NCBI GenBank assembly: GCA_032249235.1
Contig: JAVVGF010000003.1
Coordinates: 128,001 to 192,000 of the forward strand
DNA from: Thermoproteota archaeon
GTDB taxonomy: Archaea; Thermoproteota; Thermoprotei; Gearchaeales; Gearchaeaceae
Length of the DNA stretch: 64,000 nucleotides
Direction of reading: 5' to 3'
Shown here piece by piece: positions 42,221 to 51,353 of the stretch. Position numbers and translations under genes: made by a program. The notes beneath the pieces were generated by a model, which did no database searches, was not told the DNA's origin, and saw only the letters and a list, made by a program, of their open reading frames with translations. Each line of letters opens with the position of its first letter. Position 1 is the stretch's first letter.

Positions 42221-42686
42221 GGACTTGAATATTTTGTTGGATCCTGTAAGAAATCCATTGTTGCTTGGCATTGCAGCAATAATCATAAGAGTATTCGTAG
42301 GTGCTTTGATGATAATACACGGTTATCCAAAGTTATTCGGTCCTTCTAGAAAAATGATGAGAGATAACATGAAGCAATTAGGAATTCCAGGATTCCTCTT
42401 CGATATTGCGGGGCTTCTCGAATTCATAGGAGGAATTGCTTTAATTTTTGGTTTCTTAACAAGGATTGCTGCTTTGCTTTTTGCTATAGAAATGATAGGA
42501 ACAACAATCATATACATAACAAAGCTATACAATGTGCCTATACCTAGAGGCTACATAGAACCAATGTTCAAGGCTACGAAAGGATACATTGGAGGTTGGG
42601 AATTGGATACAGTAATTCTAGCAGCATCCATTGCAATATTGATAATAGGTCCAGGAATTTTCTCAATCGATTACATAATTTTCTAA
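42219..42686 (+). CDS. DoxX family membrane protein
   Basis: RVFVGALMIIHGYPKL, EFIGG...GFLTR, GPGIFSID. Confidence 0.9.
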   Translation: MDLNILLDPVRNPLLLGIAAIIIRVFVGALMIIHGYPKLFGPSRKMMRDNMKQLGIPGFLFDIAGLLEFIGGIALIFGFLTRIAALLFAIEMIGTTIIYITKLYNVPIPRGYIEPMFKATKGYIGGWELDTVILAASIAILIIGPGIFSIDYIIF

Positions 42687-42699
42687 ATTTTTTAATTTC

Positions 42700-42762
42700 T
42701 TTTTTCCGGTCTCCCACTCATCGATCCCAACTGGGTACTCATGGGAGAGATCCTGCCTTCAC
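42700..42762 (-). ncRNA. Candidate K-turn guide sRNA (non-canonical H/ACA-like) antisense to the 16S rRNA 5' end
   Basis: Minus strand reads GGCAGGAUC-UCUCCCAU-GA-GUACCCAGUUGGGAUC-GAU-GA-GUGGGAGA-CCGGAA; arms complementary to UUCCGG-UU-GAUCCUGCC. Confidence 0.7.
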
Positions 42763-42814
42763 TATTATTTATTTTAAAACTTCTACTTTTTATTGTTTTT
42801 GATTAATTAATCAT

Positions 42815-44452
42815 GTGGAAATTGAAGGAAATATCATCGATGTATTTGAAGAAAAGATATTTACTGGAAGGATAGAAGTTGAAAGAAATAGAATTAAAAA
42901 GATAACTAAGATAAATAAAGAATTAAAAGAATTCATAACCCCTGGCTTTGTAGATGCTCATATTCATATCGAAAGTAGCTTGCTTTGTCCTAGCAGATTT
43001 GCAGAAGTTGTAGTACCTCACGGAACTATAGCAACAGTATCTGATCCTCATGAAATTGCTAACGTACTAGGAATTGAAGGAATAAAATATATGATAGAAG
43101 ATGCGAAAGAAGTACCTTTGAAGATTTTTTATACAGCACCTTCTTGTGTTCCAGCAACGGCATTTGAAACTAATGGTGCAGAATTAGATGCAATAGCTTT
43201 GGAAGAAATATTCAAACTAGAGAGAATAGTTGCGTTGGGCGAAGTGATGGATTTTGAAGCCGTCATAAATCGTGATAAATATATCATGGATAAAATTCAG
43301 CTAGCAAAAAAATTAGGAAAGAAAATTGATGGTCATGCGCCTTTACTCAGAGGAGAAAATTTAGTAAAATATGTTTCTGCAGGAATTGAAACAGATCATG
43401 AATCAGTATATTACGAGGAAGCTCTTGAAAAAGCGAAGTTAGGAATGAAAATAATGATAAGAGAAGGATCTACAGCTAAAAATATGAATGAGCTAATAAG
43501 ATTAGCCAAAGAAGATTATGAATGTTTTTTTGTTGGCGATGACGTAATCGTGACTGATCTTATAAAAGGGCATTTAGATTTGCTTTTGAAGAAAGCTGTT
43601 GAACTAGGATTGGATGAAATAAAAGCTTTAAAATGTGTAACTAAGAATCCTGTTTTGCATTATAATCTTCCTGTGGGTTTATTAAGAGAAGGAGATATAG
43701 CTGACTTTTTGGTATTAAATGATTTAAAGAATTTTAAAGTAGAAAAAGTCTTCATTGAAGGCGAATTGGTTGCGAAGAGTGATGAATGCTTATTCAAGAC
43801 AAAACCTAAGATAACAGGAAATACAATAAAAGCAGAATTGCTAAAAGAAGATAGGTTAAAAATAAATGCAAAAGGTAAAGAAGCTTTAGTCAATGTTATT
43901 GGTGTAATAGAAGATCAAATCATAACTAAACACCTAACAGAAAAGATGGAAATAAATAATGGAGAGATTAAGCCTGATGTGAGCAAGGATATTCTCAAAA
44001 TAGTTGTCGTTGAAAGATATGGATATGGAAACATAAGCTTGGGATTTATAAAAGGCTTTGGGTTGAAAAATTGTGCTATTGCATCATCGATTGCTCATGA
44101 TTCACATAATATAATAGCTGTAGGAGATCGAGACGATTTAATATGTAAAGCAGTTAACATGCTAATTTTAAGAGGAGGTGGTTTATCATATTCAAGCGAC
44201 GAAGAAGTAGATGTATTAGAATTACCTATTGCCGGCCTTATGAGTGCTGAAGAACCAGCACGTGTTTCAATGAAGCTAGAAAAATTGCATGAAAAGTTAT
44301 ACAAGAAAGGCAGCAAATTAAGAAATCCTTACATAACCTTATCTTTTATGAGTTTGCTTGTAATACCTGAGCTAAAAATAGGTGATAAAGGGCTTTTTGA
44401 CGTTAATAACAAAAAATTTATTCCTCTAGTTAAAGAGGTCCGTAATAATTAA
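42815..44452 (+). CDS. ade: Adenine deaminase (AdeC type)
   Basis: DAHIHIESS, DPHEIANV, LGEVM, DGHAP, TDHE, IREGS, AHDSHN. Confidence 0.93.
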   Translation: MEIEGNIIDVFEEKIFTGRIEVERNRIKKITKINKELKEFITPGFVDAHIHIESSLLCPSRFAEVVVPHGTIATVSDPHEIANVLGIEGIKYMIEDAKEVPLKIFYTAPSCVPATAFETNGAELDAIALEEIFKLERIVALGEVMDFEAVINRDKYIMDKIQLAKKLGKKIDGHAPLLRGENLVKYVSAGIETDHESVYYEEALEKAKLGMKIMIREGSTAKNMNELIRLAKEDYECFFVGDDVIVTDLIKGHLDLLLKKAVELGLDEIKALKCVTKNPVLHYNLPVGLLREGDIADFLVLNDLKNFKVEKVFIEGELVAKSDECLFKTKPKITGNTIKAELLKEDRLKINAKGKEALVNVIGVIEDQIITKHLTEKMEINNGEIKPDVSKDILKIVVVERYGYGNISLGFIKGFGLKNCAIASSIAHDSHNIIAVGDRDDLICKAVNMLILRGGGLSYSSDEEVDVLELPIAGLMSAEEPARVSMKLEKLHEKLYKKGSKLRNPYITLSFMSLLVIPELKIGDKGLFDVNNKKFIPLVKEVRNN

Positions 44453-44491
44453 AACTTTTTATTTTTAATTTTAAATTAAAATAATCTTATT

Positions 44492-45781
44492 ATGAAATTG
44501 AAATATCTAATTCTTTATTCTATTTTAATTCGTGAAGCTTTTTCTTTTTGGACAGGGCATCCATATGATTTTGAAATGTTCGCTAGAGTAGGTGAGCAAT
44601 TAGCTAGAGGAGAGCCTCTTTATGTTTTCATATATCCTTATGAAGACATAAGCTTTTGGCCTCATGGCTATGTAGGATATGCATATCCTCCCCTTTTCGC
44701 ATATTACTGCATGATTTCATACCTAATTTATAAATTTATTGGTTTAAATTTGCCTTTTTTATACTATTTTTTATTAAAGCAACCTATGATAATAGGAGAT
44801 GTAGCATGCGGATATCTTATTTATAAAATAAATGTCAAATTTTTTAATAATAGTACAAAGCCTTTAGTCGCATGGCTTTTTAATCCTATAACGATCATAT
44901 TTTCAAGCATATGGGGTATTCCTCATGCATTGGCTATATCATTTGTTTTGTTATATTTACTAAAGTACGAATTAAAATATAGCTTTATACTTATATTTTT
45001 AGCATTTTTAATTATAGGCTTACCTTTTATATATATAATTTCACTAACCATATTATTTTTGAATAATAAAAAGCATATCATGACTAGCCTTTTTATTTTT
45101 TTATTCATAGGAATTGTTTTTCCGCTCGTAACACTAATCCCATTTAAGCTTCAGGATCAAATAGGGAATATTTATTTAGCTGTCGTCGATGTCCTTTTTA
45201 AAAAATCGCTAGGCCAATTTAACGCATATATGATTTTTAATTATTTGTATTACCTCAATCCATATATTTTTTCTGATTTATTAATACTAGCTTCAAACAC
45301 TCTGCCTTATATTTGGTTACCAATACTGATAATTTCTTTAGCATTATTGCGCCACTCCATTAAAAAAATCAATTATATTTCAATAGCAAATATTTTCCTA
45401 CTCACGACATTGATTTTCCTAATATTTAGGGAAACAGTAAATGAGCAATATATACTGTATTTTATATCAATGTACTTAGCTTCTTATAAATTTATAGAGA
45501 ATGATTCATTGAAAAAATTATTCTTGATAATTCAAATTAATACCTTTATGTTTATGTTTATTAATAATCCATTCTTTTTACGATTTATCACACCTTTAAA
45601 TCAATTCTATTATATGTTTGATATAAGTTTAACTACTACTGAACCATTTAAGTTTGTTAGATTAACTATTATGACAATAGCTGGTACATTAAATACAATT
45701 TTATTAATATTTTACTTAAAAAAATTTATAAAATTAATTTATGGCGGTACTGGAGGTGCTGGAGACAAACCTCTTGAATAA
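44492..45781 (+). CDS. GT-C fold membrane glycosyltransferase (GT87/PIG-M-like)
   Basis: GHPYD, YAYPP, KQPMIIGD, WLFNP, NEQY; many TM segments. Confidence 0.7.
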   Translation: MKLKYLILYSILIREAFSFWTGHPYDFEMFARVGEQLARGEPLYVFIYPYEDISFWPHGYVGYAYPPLFAYYCMISYLIYKFIGLNLPFLYYFLLKQPMIIGDVACGYLIYKINVKFFNNSTKPLVAWLFNPITIIFSSIWGIPHALAISFVLLYLLKYELKYSFILIFLAFLIIGLPFIYIISLTILFLNNKKHIMTSLFIFLFIGIVFPLVTLIPFKLQDQIGNIYLAVVDVLFKKSLGQFNAYMIFNYLYYLNPYIFSDLLILASNTLPYIWLPILIISLALLRHSIKKINYISIANIFLLTTLIFLIFRETVNEQYILYFISMYLASYKFIENDSLKKLFLIIQINTFMFMFINNPFFLRFITPLNQFYYMFDISLTTTEPFKFVRLTIMTIAGTLNTILLIFYLKKFIKLIYGGTGGAGDKPLE

Positions 45782-47358
45782 ATTTGCATAAAAGGTAATA
45801 TATATGCGATTACTATTATTGCAACAGCTAGAATAACCCAAATTGATATTTTATCTAGAATTGTTGGATCGTTTGAATTGTGCTCAAAAAGCGAACCTGC
45901 ATCCATCGCCATTCTAGGACCCTTTATGATGGAAAGACCAGCATTGAAAATAAATATGACACCTGATAACCATAGTATTATTCCTCCTATTGCAGCTGTT
46001 ATTGCTAATGTTATCCAAATTTGAGGAGCTGCTCCACCATAGAGAATATCAGCAGTCCTTCTAGGCATGCCATATAAACCAGCGATGTGAAAAGCCAAGG
46101 AAAATATAGACATACCTATAAACCATAGATAAGGATGAACAAAAGCTAATCTTCTAAACATGACTGCTTTATTGAATAATGCAGGAATTATTACATAGCT
46201 CGATACCATAAAAGTCAGTGTAACAGCTGTAGCTACAGTTAGATGGAAATGACCAACAATCCAAGTTGTGTTATGAACTAAGGCATTAAGCGTATAGCTT
46301 GCATTAATAATTCCTCCTATACCGCCAAATGCAAAAAGTATCATCGAAAATGCTATACCTGCGAAAACACTATCTTTCCATGGAAGATGCTTAATCCAAG
46401 AAAATAGACCTTTTCCTCCTTTTTCTCTATAACTCTTCTCCATTGTAGCTAGCAATGTAAATGCAGTTAAGAAGCTTGGTATTGTTACCAAATAAGTTAA
46501 AGCGGATTGCATGAATTTATATTGATTTGCAATCCCAGGATCTACGAGTTGATGATGAACACCTACTGGCGTCGAGAAAAGTATGAATAAAATAAATGAG
46601 ATTTTTGGAAGTCTTTCACTGTATAACTTTGTATTCAATAATTTAGGTATTAGGAAATACCACAAAGTAATAGCAGGCAATAACCAGAAATAAACTAAAG
46701 GATGACCGAAATACCAGAAATATGTCCTAGCTTCTAAAACATCTACAGGCATATTAGAAAGCGACATAGGTAAAAGATCCTTTATGATTTCTATCGCTAA
46801 TCCAGGAGTAGCTTCAAGCCAAATGATTAATGTAGTTAAAACGCCGAAAGTTGCAATAGGTATTGATCCTTTATTCTTCATCCTCCATTTGATGAAAGCT
46901 AAGAAAATCGTTGCCGCGAAAACCCAAGTACCTAGTATTAATATCGTTGCACCCAAGTAAAATAAAGGATCAGCTTTCAAAGGAGGATAAAATGTATATA
47001 GCACACTAGATGTGCCACTTAATATCGCTAATGTGGTCATTAAAACTCCTATTACAGCTAGTCCTAATGCTAAATTCAATAAAATCTTGTTTAAATTAAC
47101 ATTAAGTTCTCTTGATATTACGAAAGTAGCTATTGCCATTATGAAGAATGCTGTCCAAACTATAGCTAGACTAACACCATGAGCTGTTAAGCTAAGATAA
47201 TATAAAGAAGGACTTAGTTGAATTGGAGAATATGGCGTTCGTGTTAGTAATTGAAGTAGACCGAACATTCCTCCTATCGCTAGCATGAGGAAGCCAAAAA
47301 TTATCGATATCTTAGAAAATCTATCTTCTTGCTTAAAGCTTATCTCCATGTTTCTCAC
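45739..47358 (-). CDS. cbaA: ba3-type (family B) heme-copper oxidase subunit I
   Basis: TAHG, WYFGHPLVY, GVHH, HNTTWIVGHFH, GMPRR. Confidence 0.93.
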   Translation of the reverse strand: MRNMEISFKQEDRFSKISIIFGFLMLAIGGMFGLLQLLTRTPYSPIQLSPSLYYLSLTAHGVSLAIVWTAFFIMAIATFVISRELNVNLNKILLNLALGLAVIGVLMTTLAILSGTSSVLYTFYPPLKADPLFYLGATILILGTWVFAATIFLAFIKWRMKNKGSIPIATFGVLTTLIIWLEATPGLAIEIIKDLLPMSLSNMPVDVLEARTYFWYFGHPLVYFWLLPAITLWYFLIPKLLNTKLYSERLPKISFILFILFSTPVGVHHQLVDPGIANQYKFMQSALTYLVTIPSFLTAFTLLATMEKSYREKGGKGLFSWIKHLPWKDSVFAGIAFSMILFAFGGIGGIINASYTLNALVHNTTWIVGHFHLTVATAVTLTFMVSSYVIIPALFNKAVMFRRLAFVHPYLWFIGMSIFSLAFHIAGLYGMPRRTADILYGGAAPQIWITLAITAAIGGIILWLSGVIFIFNAGLSIIKGPRMAMDAGSLFEHNSNDPTILDKISIWVILAVAIIVIAYILPFMQIYSRGLSPAPPVPP

Positions 47359-47804
47359 CTCTCAATTATTAAATGAGCATACATTGTCTGATGACCATCA
47401 CCGCAATATTCGTTGCATATAATCAAGAAATCACCTTTAAGATCTTGAGGCACATTCCATGTGAAAGTAGCTGTATAGTATGGTAGTATCATTACGTTAA
47501 CGTTGGTACCTACGATTTCGAAACCATGCAATACATCTCTACTCAATACTTCAAATATCACTTGCTTTGGATTTTTCAAAATGATTTTTGATGGATCAAA
47601 ATAGAAACGTTCTGCGACGATTCTAACTTTGTATATTCCAGGTTGGATTTCTTCAATACCTGGCTTAAAAGCTTGTACTGCAGGATAGACTGAGCAAACT
47701 GAAGGAGGTTGATAACCAAAATTGGTAGCGTATACTAAAGCCGAAAGGAAGGCTGCAAGTATTGCAATCACCACAATAACAAATGCTAATTCAAATGTGT
47801 CCAT
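47355..47804 (-). CDS. cbaB: ba3-type oxidase subunit II (CuA)
   Basis: One TM helix; DVLHGF and CNEYCGDGHQTM CuA ligands. Confidence 0.93.
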   Translation of the reverse strand: MDTFELAFVIVVIAILAAFLSALVYATNFGYQPPSVCSVYPAVQAFKPGIEEIQPGIYKVRIVAERFYFDPSKIILKNPKQVIFEVLSRDVLHGFEIVGTNVNVMILPYYTATFTWNVPQDLKGDFLIICNEYCGDGHQTMYAHLIIER

Positions 47805-47962
47805 TAGCTAATTCCACCTCTTGCAATCATTAAAAAGTAAACAGCAAGCCATGTTGCGATTAATATTGATGCATATATTAATAGAATAGTAATAGTTCCT
47901 ATTGGTTTAAATTCTGTGCTTTTATCGTTCTTCTTACTAAATTGTTTTACAAAACGCATCAT
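47804..47962 (-). CDS. cbaD: ba3-type oxidase small subunit IIa
   Basis: Below the ORF-track cutoff; manual translation MMRFVKQFSKKNDKSTEFKPIGTITILLIYASILIATWLAVYFLMIARGGIS, whose KPxG...W..VY....ARG pattern matches subunit IIa; stop overlaps the cbaB ATG. Confidence 0.85.
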   Translation of the reverse strand: MMRFVKQFSKKNDKSTEFKPIGTITILLIYASILIATWLAVYFLMIARGGIS

Positions 47963-48069
47963 AAAGAATTTTAAAAATTCTAATTTATAAGTTTAGCTAT
48001 TCATTTGTATAATTCTATATGAAATTTTATGCAAGTTATTACAATTAATTAGTGAAAATTAAAATTGAT

Positions 48070-48549
48070 CTATTCTTCAAGATTTCTCCATTTTCTCCAA
48101 CTTCCAAACTTAAAATCATATTCAGGACATCCTCTTCTGTAATAGAATTTGTTTTCAATCTCATCTGTATTCACTACAAATTTATAAAATATTTTTTCTA
48201 AAAACTCAGCATCTCTAATTAAGTCTTTTGCTTCCTCTTTAAATCTTTTAATGAATAAATCCATATCTTTCTTTTTTTCAAAATATAAAATTATAATCCC
48301 TTTTGTAAAAGGTTTAAATAAGCCTTGAAATTTCATATACTTATATGTAGAATTAGGAATTTCTTTAATTATTTTTTTAATTAAAGTAAGAACGGCATTT
48401 AAATCTTTAATAACTGAGTAAGGAATTCCTAATTTCCAGCATCTCAAAGAATTCGGATGCTGAATTCCTTGCATATAATGATACCAGCATATCTCACACT
48501 TTTTATACCATCCACCTTCTTCTTCCCATTTAGGTAAAATTGCTTCCAA
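48070..48549 (-). CDS. Hypothetical protein, possibly related to the LanKC/RamC N-terminal lyase domain
   Basis: WKLG...YKY...KGIIILYF...FYYRRG motif order. Confidence 0.5.
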   Translation of the reverse strand: MEAILPKWEEEGGWYKKCEICWYHYMQGIQHPNSLRCWKLGIPYSVIKDLNAVLTLIKKIIKEIPNSTYKYMKFQGLFKPFTKGIIILYFEKKKDMDLFIKRFKEEAKDLIRDAEFLEKIFYKFVVNTDEIENKFYYRRGCPEYDFKFGSWRKWRNLEE

Positions 48550-48662
48550 TGTGAAAATTTAACTTACAATGCATAAAAGTATTTGATTAAAGGATCAGCT
48601 TCTTCAAATTATAAATTTTTATGTCATAACCTTTGTGTTATATATTAAAGTATTGAAGAAAA

Positions 48663-49988
48663 TTAAATGCCTGGTACTTTTATTTTCTTCTTAAATCCTG
48701 CTGTTAGTACAGCTGTATAAACGATCCAGATTAAAAGCCAAGAGAATCCTAAAATCTTTGCATCATTGCTCAAACCATACCATATAAATCCTAAGATTAT
48801 CACACCTATTATGGATGGAATTACTTGAATGATTGTCTTCTTTTTTAAACCGAAGTAGTATAAAACTGCAAAATGCAATAGTATGAAAGCAGATAATGCT
48901 CCAAAATTCACTAAGCTAACTAACAAATCTAAAGAAATTGAAATCGCTATAATTGTACTTACCAAGCCACTTATTATCGTTGCAACCCAAGGCGTTCCAA
49001 ACTTTGGATGGACCTTTGCAACAAGCTTAGGTAGAAATCCATCTCTGCCCATTGCATAAATTACTCTTGCAATAGCTGTCGTAGCTACGAGACCATCTCC
49101 TATACCCCATGCTATTGCAGTAGCTATCGTAGTTATAGAAAGTAATAAAGCTCCACCTACAGTAGCAGCAACCTCATAGAAACCAGTGTTAGGGTCTTGA
49201 AAATTATAGGTAGGATATGAAATATAAGCTAAATATGTTTGACTAACAAAAAATAGTCCTATTAGAAATACTGATAATACAACAGCTCTTCCAATGTAGC
49301 CTGCTTTGCCCCTATGCTCCTCAGCAAGAGTTGTTGCTGCATCGAAACCTAAGTAACTTAGTACAGCAATAGATGCAGCTGTTAATATTGATGTGATTGA
49401 AAAGCCTGAAGGATTATAAAAAGGTGCAAGTGTAAAGCTTAAGCCTTTGTTTAAGATATAGTTTAAAGAATAACCTATGAATAAGAATAATGCTACAAGC
49501 TCTATTACTAGCAAAACTCGATTTGTTCTTGCAGTAGGTTTTATTCCAAGTAGAGCAATTGTAGTCATAGGAATAAGAAAAACCAAGACCCATACCCAAT
49601 AAGGAATTGATGGTATAAGACTGTTCATAGCCAAAGCTGATACAACGTATACCAATCCAGGTACAAGGAAGTAATCTAAAAGAATAAGGATACCTGCAAC
49701 GAAGCCAAATATTGGATTTACCGCTCTCTGGGCATAATTATAAACTGAACCAGCTAAAGGAAATTCTCTTACCATTAGGAAATATGCATAAGCTGTGGGC
49801 ATCATTCCTAACATACCTAGAAGATAAGCTAATGAAGGCATACCCTCACTTACTGAGGCTACGATACCATAAATCCCCCACGGAGCAATAGGTACCATGA
49901 AAACCAAGCTATATATCAAGACATCTATCCAATTTATTTCTCTCCTAAGCTCTTGCTTATATCCAAACTTGGATAATTCTTCTGTCAT
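48663..49988 (-). CDS. APC-family amino acid/polyamine permease
   Basis: MVPIAPW, AGSVYNY, SYLGFDA, GRDGFLP, FGTPW. Confidence 0.9.
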   Translation of the reverse strand: MTEELSKFGYKQELRREINWIDVLIYSLVFMVPIAPWGIYGIVASVSEGMPSLAYLLGMLGMMPTAYAYFLMVREFPLAGSVYNYAQRAVNPIFGFVAGILILLDYFLVPGLVYVVSALAMNSLIPSIPYWVWVLVFLIPMTTIALLGIKPTARTNRVLLVIELVALFLFIGYSLNYILNKGLSFTLAPFYNPSGFSITSILTAASIAVLSYLGFDAATTLAEEHRGKAGYIGRAVVLSVFLIGLFFVSQTYLAYISYPTYNFQDPNTGFYEVAATVGGALLLSITTIATAIAWGIGDGLVATTAIARVIYAMGRDGFLPKLVAKVHPKFGTPWVATIISGLVSTIIAISISLDLLVSLVNFGALSAFILLHFAVLYYFGLKKKTIIQVIPSIIGVIILGFIWYGLSNDAKILGFSWLLIWIVYTAVLTAGFKKKIKVPGI

Positions 49989-49992
49989 AGCA

Positions 49993-50973
49993 TCACCTCG
50001 AAGGATAATTTCTTAATTTAATTCTCACTTCTTCATTTTTTATTACATCAATTGGGAAGAAAGCTGTAATTATCCAGTTTGGAACATCTACTACTTCACT
50101 AACTTTTAAATCCATTGCAACGCTTGCAAGCATATAAGCTTCTACTGGGGACATATATTCAGAAAGTATGTTTATTATTCCTTTTGTAGCTTGCTTGACC
50201 GCAGTCCAAAGGTCTGGCGCAATAGCAGGAAAAGCTATGTATTCTTTGAATGTTAGCTCCCTCATATTGTTACATTTCAAAATTGGTTGAGTAAGACCTA
50301 TATTCTTATGTAACTTCACTATTAATTTTAAAGTCGTAGGAGCTTCAATTGCTGTACCACACACTTCGCCATCTCCTTGTGCCAAATGAGTATCTCCTAG
50401 AGATAAAAGAGCACCCGGAACAAATACTGGTAAATATAATCTTGAACCAACAGTTAATTGCTTTATATCCATATTCCCTCCATTTTCTCGTGGAGGAACC
50501 GTGCTCCACTTTCCTTTGTAAGGAAGAGCTGTTCCAATAACTCCAGTAAACGGTTTATTCGGTATTTCTATTTCTAAATCGCCAAATTTTGCATAAGAAA
50601 CGTTGTTGTAAACTTTCCAAATTTTCAATGCTGGGCCGCTTAATTCAATTGGCGCAGTATAACTTTCTTGTGCTAATAATCCGAAGCCGGGAATGACAGC
50701 AGTCCAGCCCCATCCTTTATCCTTAAATTCAAGAAATTCGATCTCTAATGCATCGCCTGGTTCAGCACCTTCTATTGCTATGGGTCCAGTTAATGGATGA
50801 ATTCTAGAAAAATCTAATTTCGTTACATCTTCAGCGCTAGAGGTAACATTTATTTGATTGTCAGATGCTTCTTTTGTTTCTAGTTCTATTTCATCTCCAC
50901 TTCTAACGTTCAATATTGGTTTTAGCGAATTATCCCATTTATTATGGGTTATTGCATGGATTGTATGGAGCAT
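49993..50973 (-). CDS. Acetamidase/formamidase family protein
   Basis: HPLTGP, GGNMD, GDTHLAQGDGEVCGTAIE. Confidence 0.92.
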   Translation of the reverse strand: MLHTIHAITHNKWDNSLKPILNVRSGDEIELETKEASDNQINVTSSAEDVTKLDFSRIHPLTGPIAIEGAEPGDALEIEFLEFKDKGWGWTAVIPGFGLLAQESYTAPIELSGPALKIWKVYNNVSYAKFGDLEIEIPNKPFTGVIGTALPYKGKWSTVPPRENGGNMDIKQLTVGSRLYLPVFVPGALLSLGDTHLAQGDGEVCGTAIEAPTTLKLIVKLHKNIGLTQPILKCNNMRELTFKEYIAFPAIAPDLWTAVKQATKGIINILSEYMSPVEAYMLASVAMDLKVSEVVDVPNWIITAFFPIDVIKNEEVRIKLRNYPSR

Positions 50974-51353
50974 GTTAAAAATATCAGATTACATAAATTA
51001 AATTTTTTGCTAATGTGTTGAGAAATTAGAATTAAAAAAATTAAAATTTTAATGAGATAAAAATTTTTATCTAATATTCGTATATATTAATTAAAAAGCT
51101 ATTAGTTGAATGTATCTTTGTAATAGAGAAGCCAAAAACTTTCTGGATAAAATATTTCTTGCGAGCCATTATGTTTACCAAATATGTAGCATCTAAGCTT
51201 TTTTCATTGTATTAGCATAGTTAGAATCTATACCAGTAACTATTGCTCCACCATATTGATTTATATAAAAAAATGAGAGAGTTCAAACAGCTGTTACATT
51301 TTCATAATATTCAAGTATATAAAGATTGTTCGAAAAATAAAGTAAGGCGAATT

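Noticed and set aside
42700-42762. Reading of the GC-rich island as a tRNA, 5S rRNA, riboswitch or intron-split 16S fragment
   Set aside because: No cloverleaf, aptamer or bulge-helix-bulge motif; rRNA similarity is limited to two short arms, and the K-turn forms only on the minus strand.
42596-42802. 68-aa ORF across the doxX end and intergenic region
   Set aside because: It overlaps doxX out of frame and has no motif; the GC-rich part is better explained by the structured RNA.
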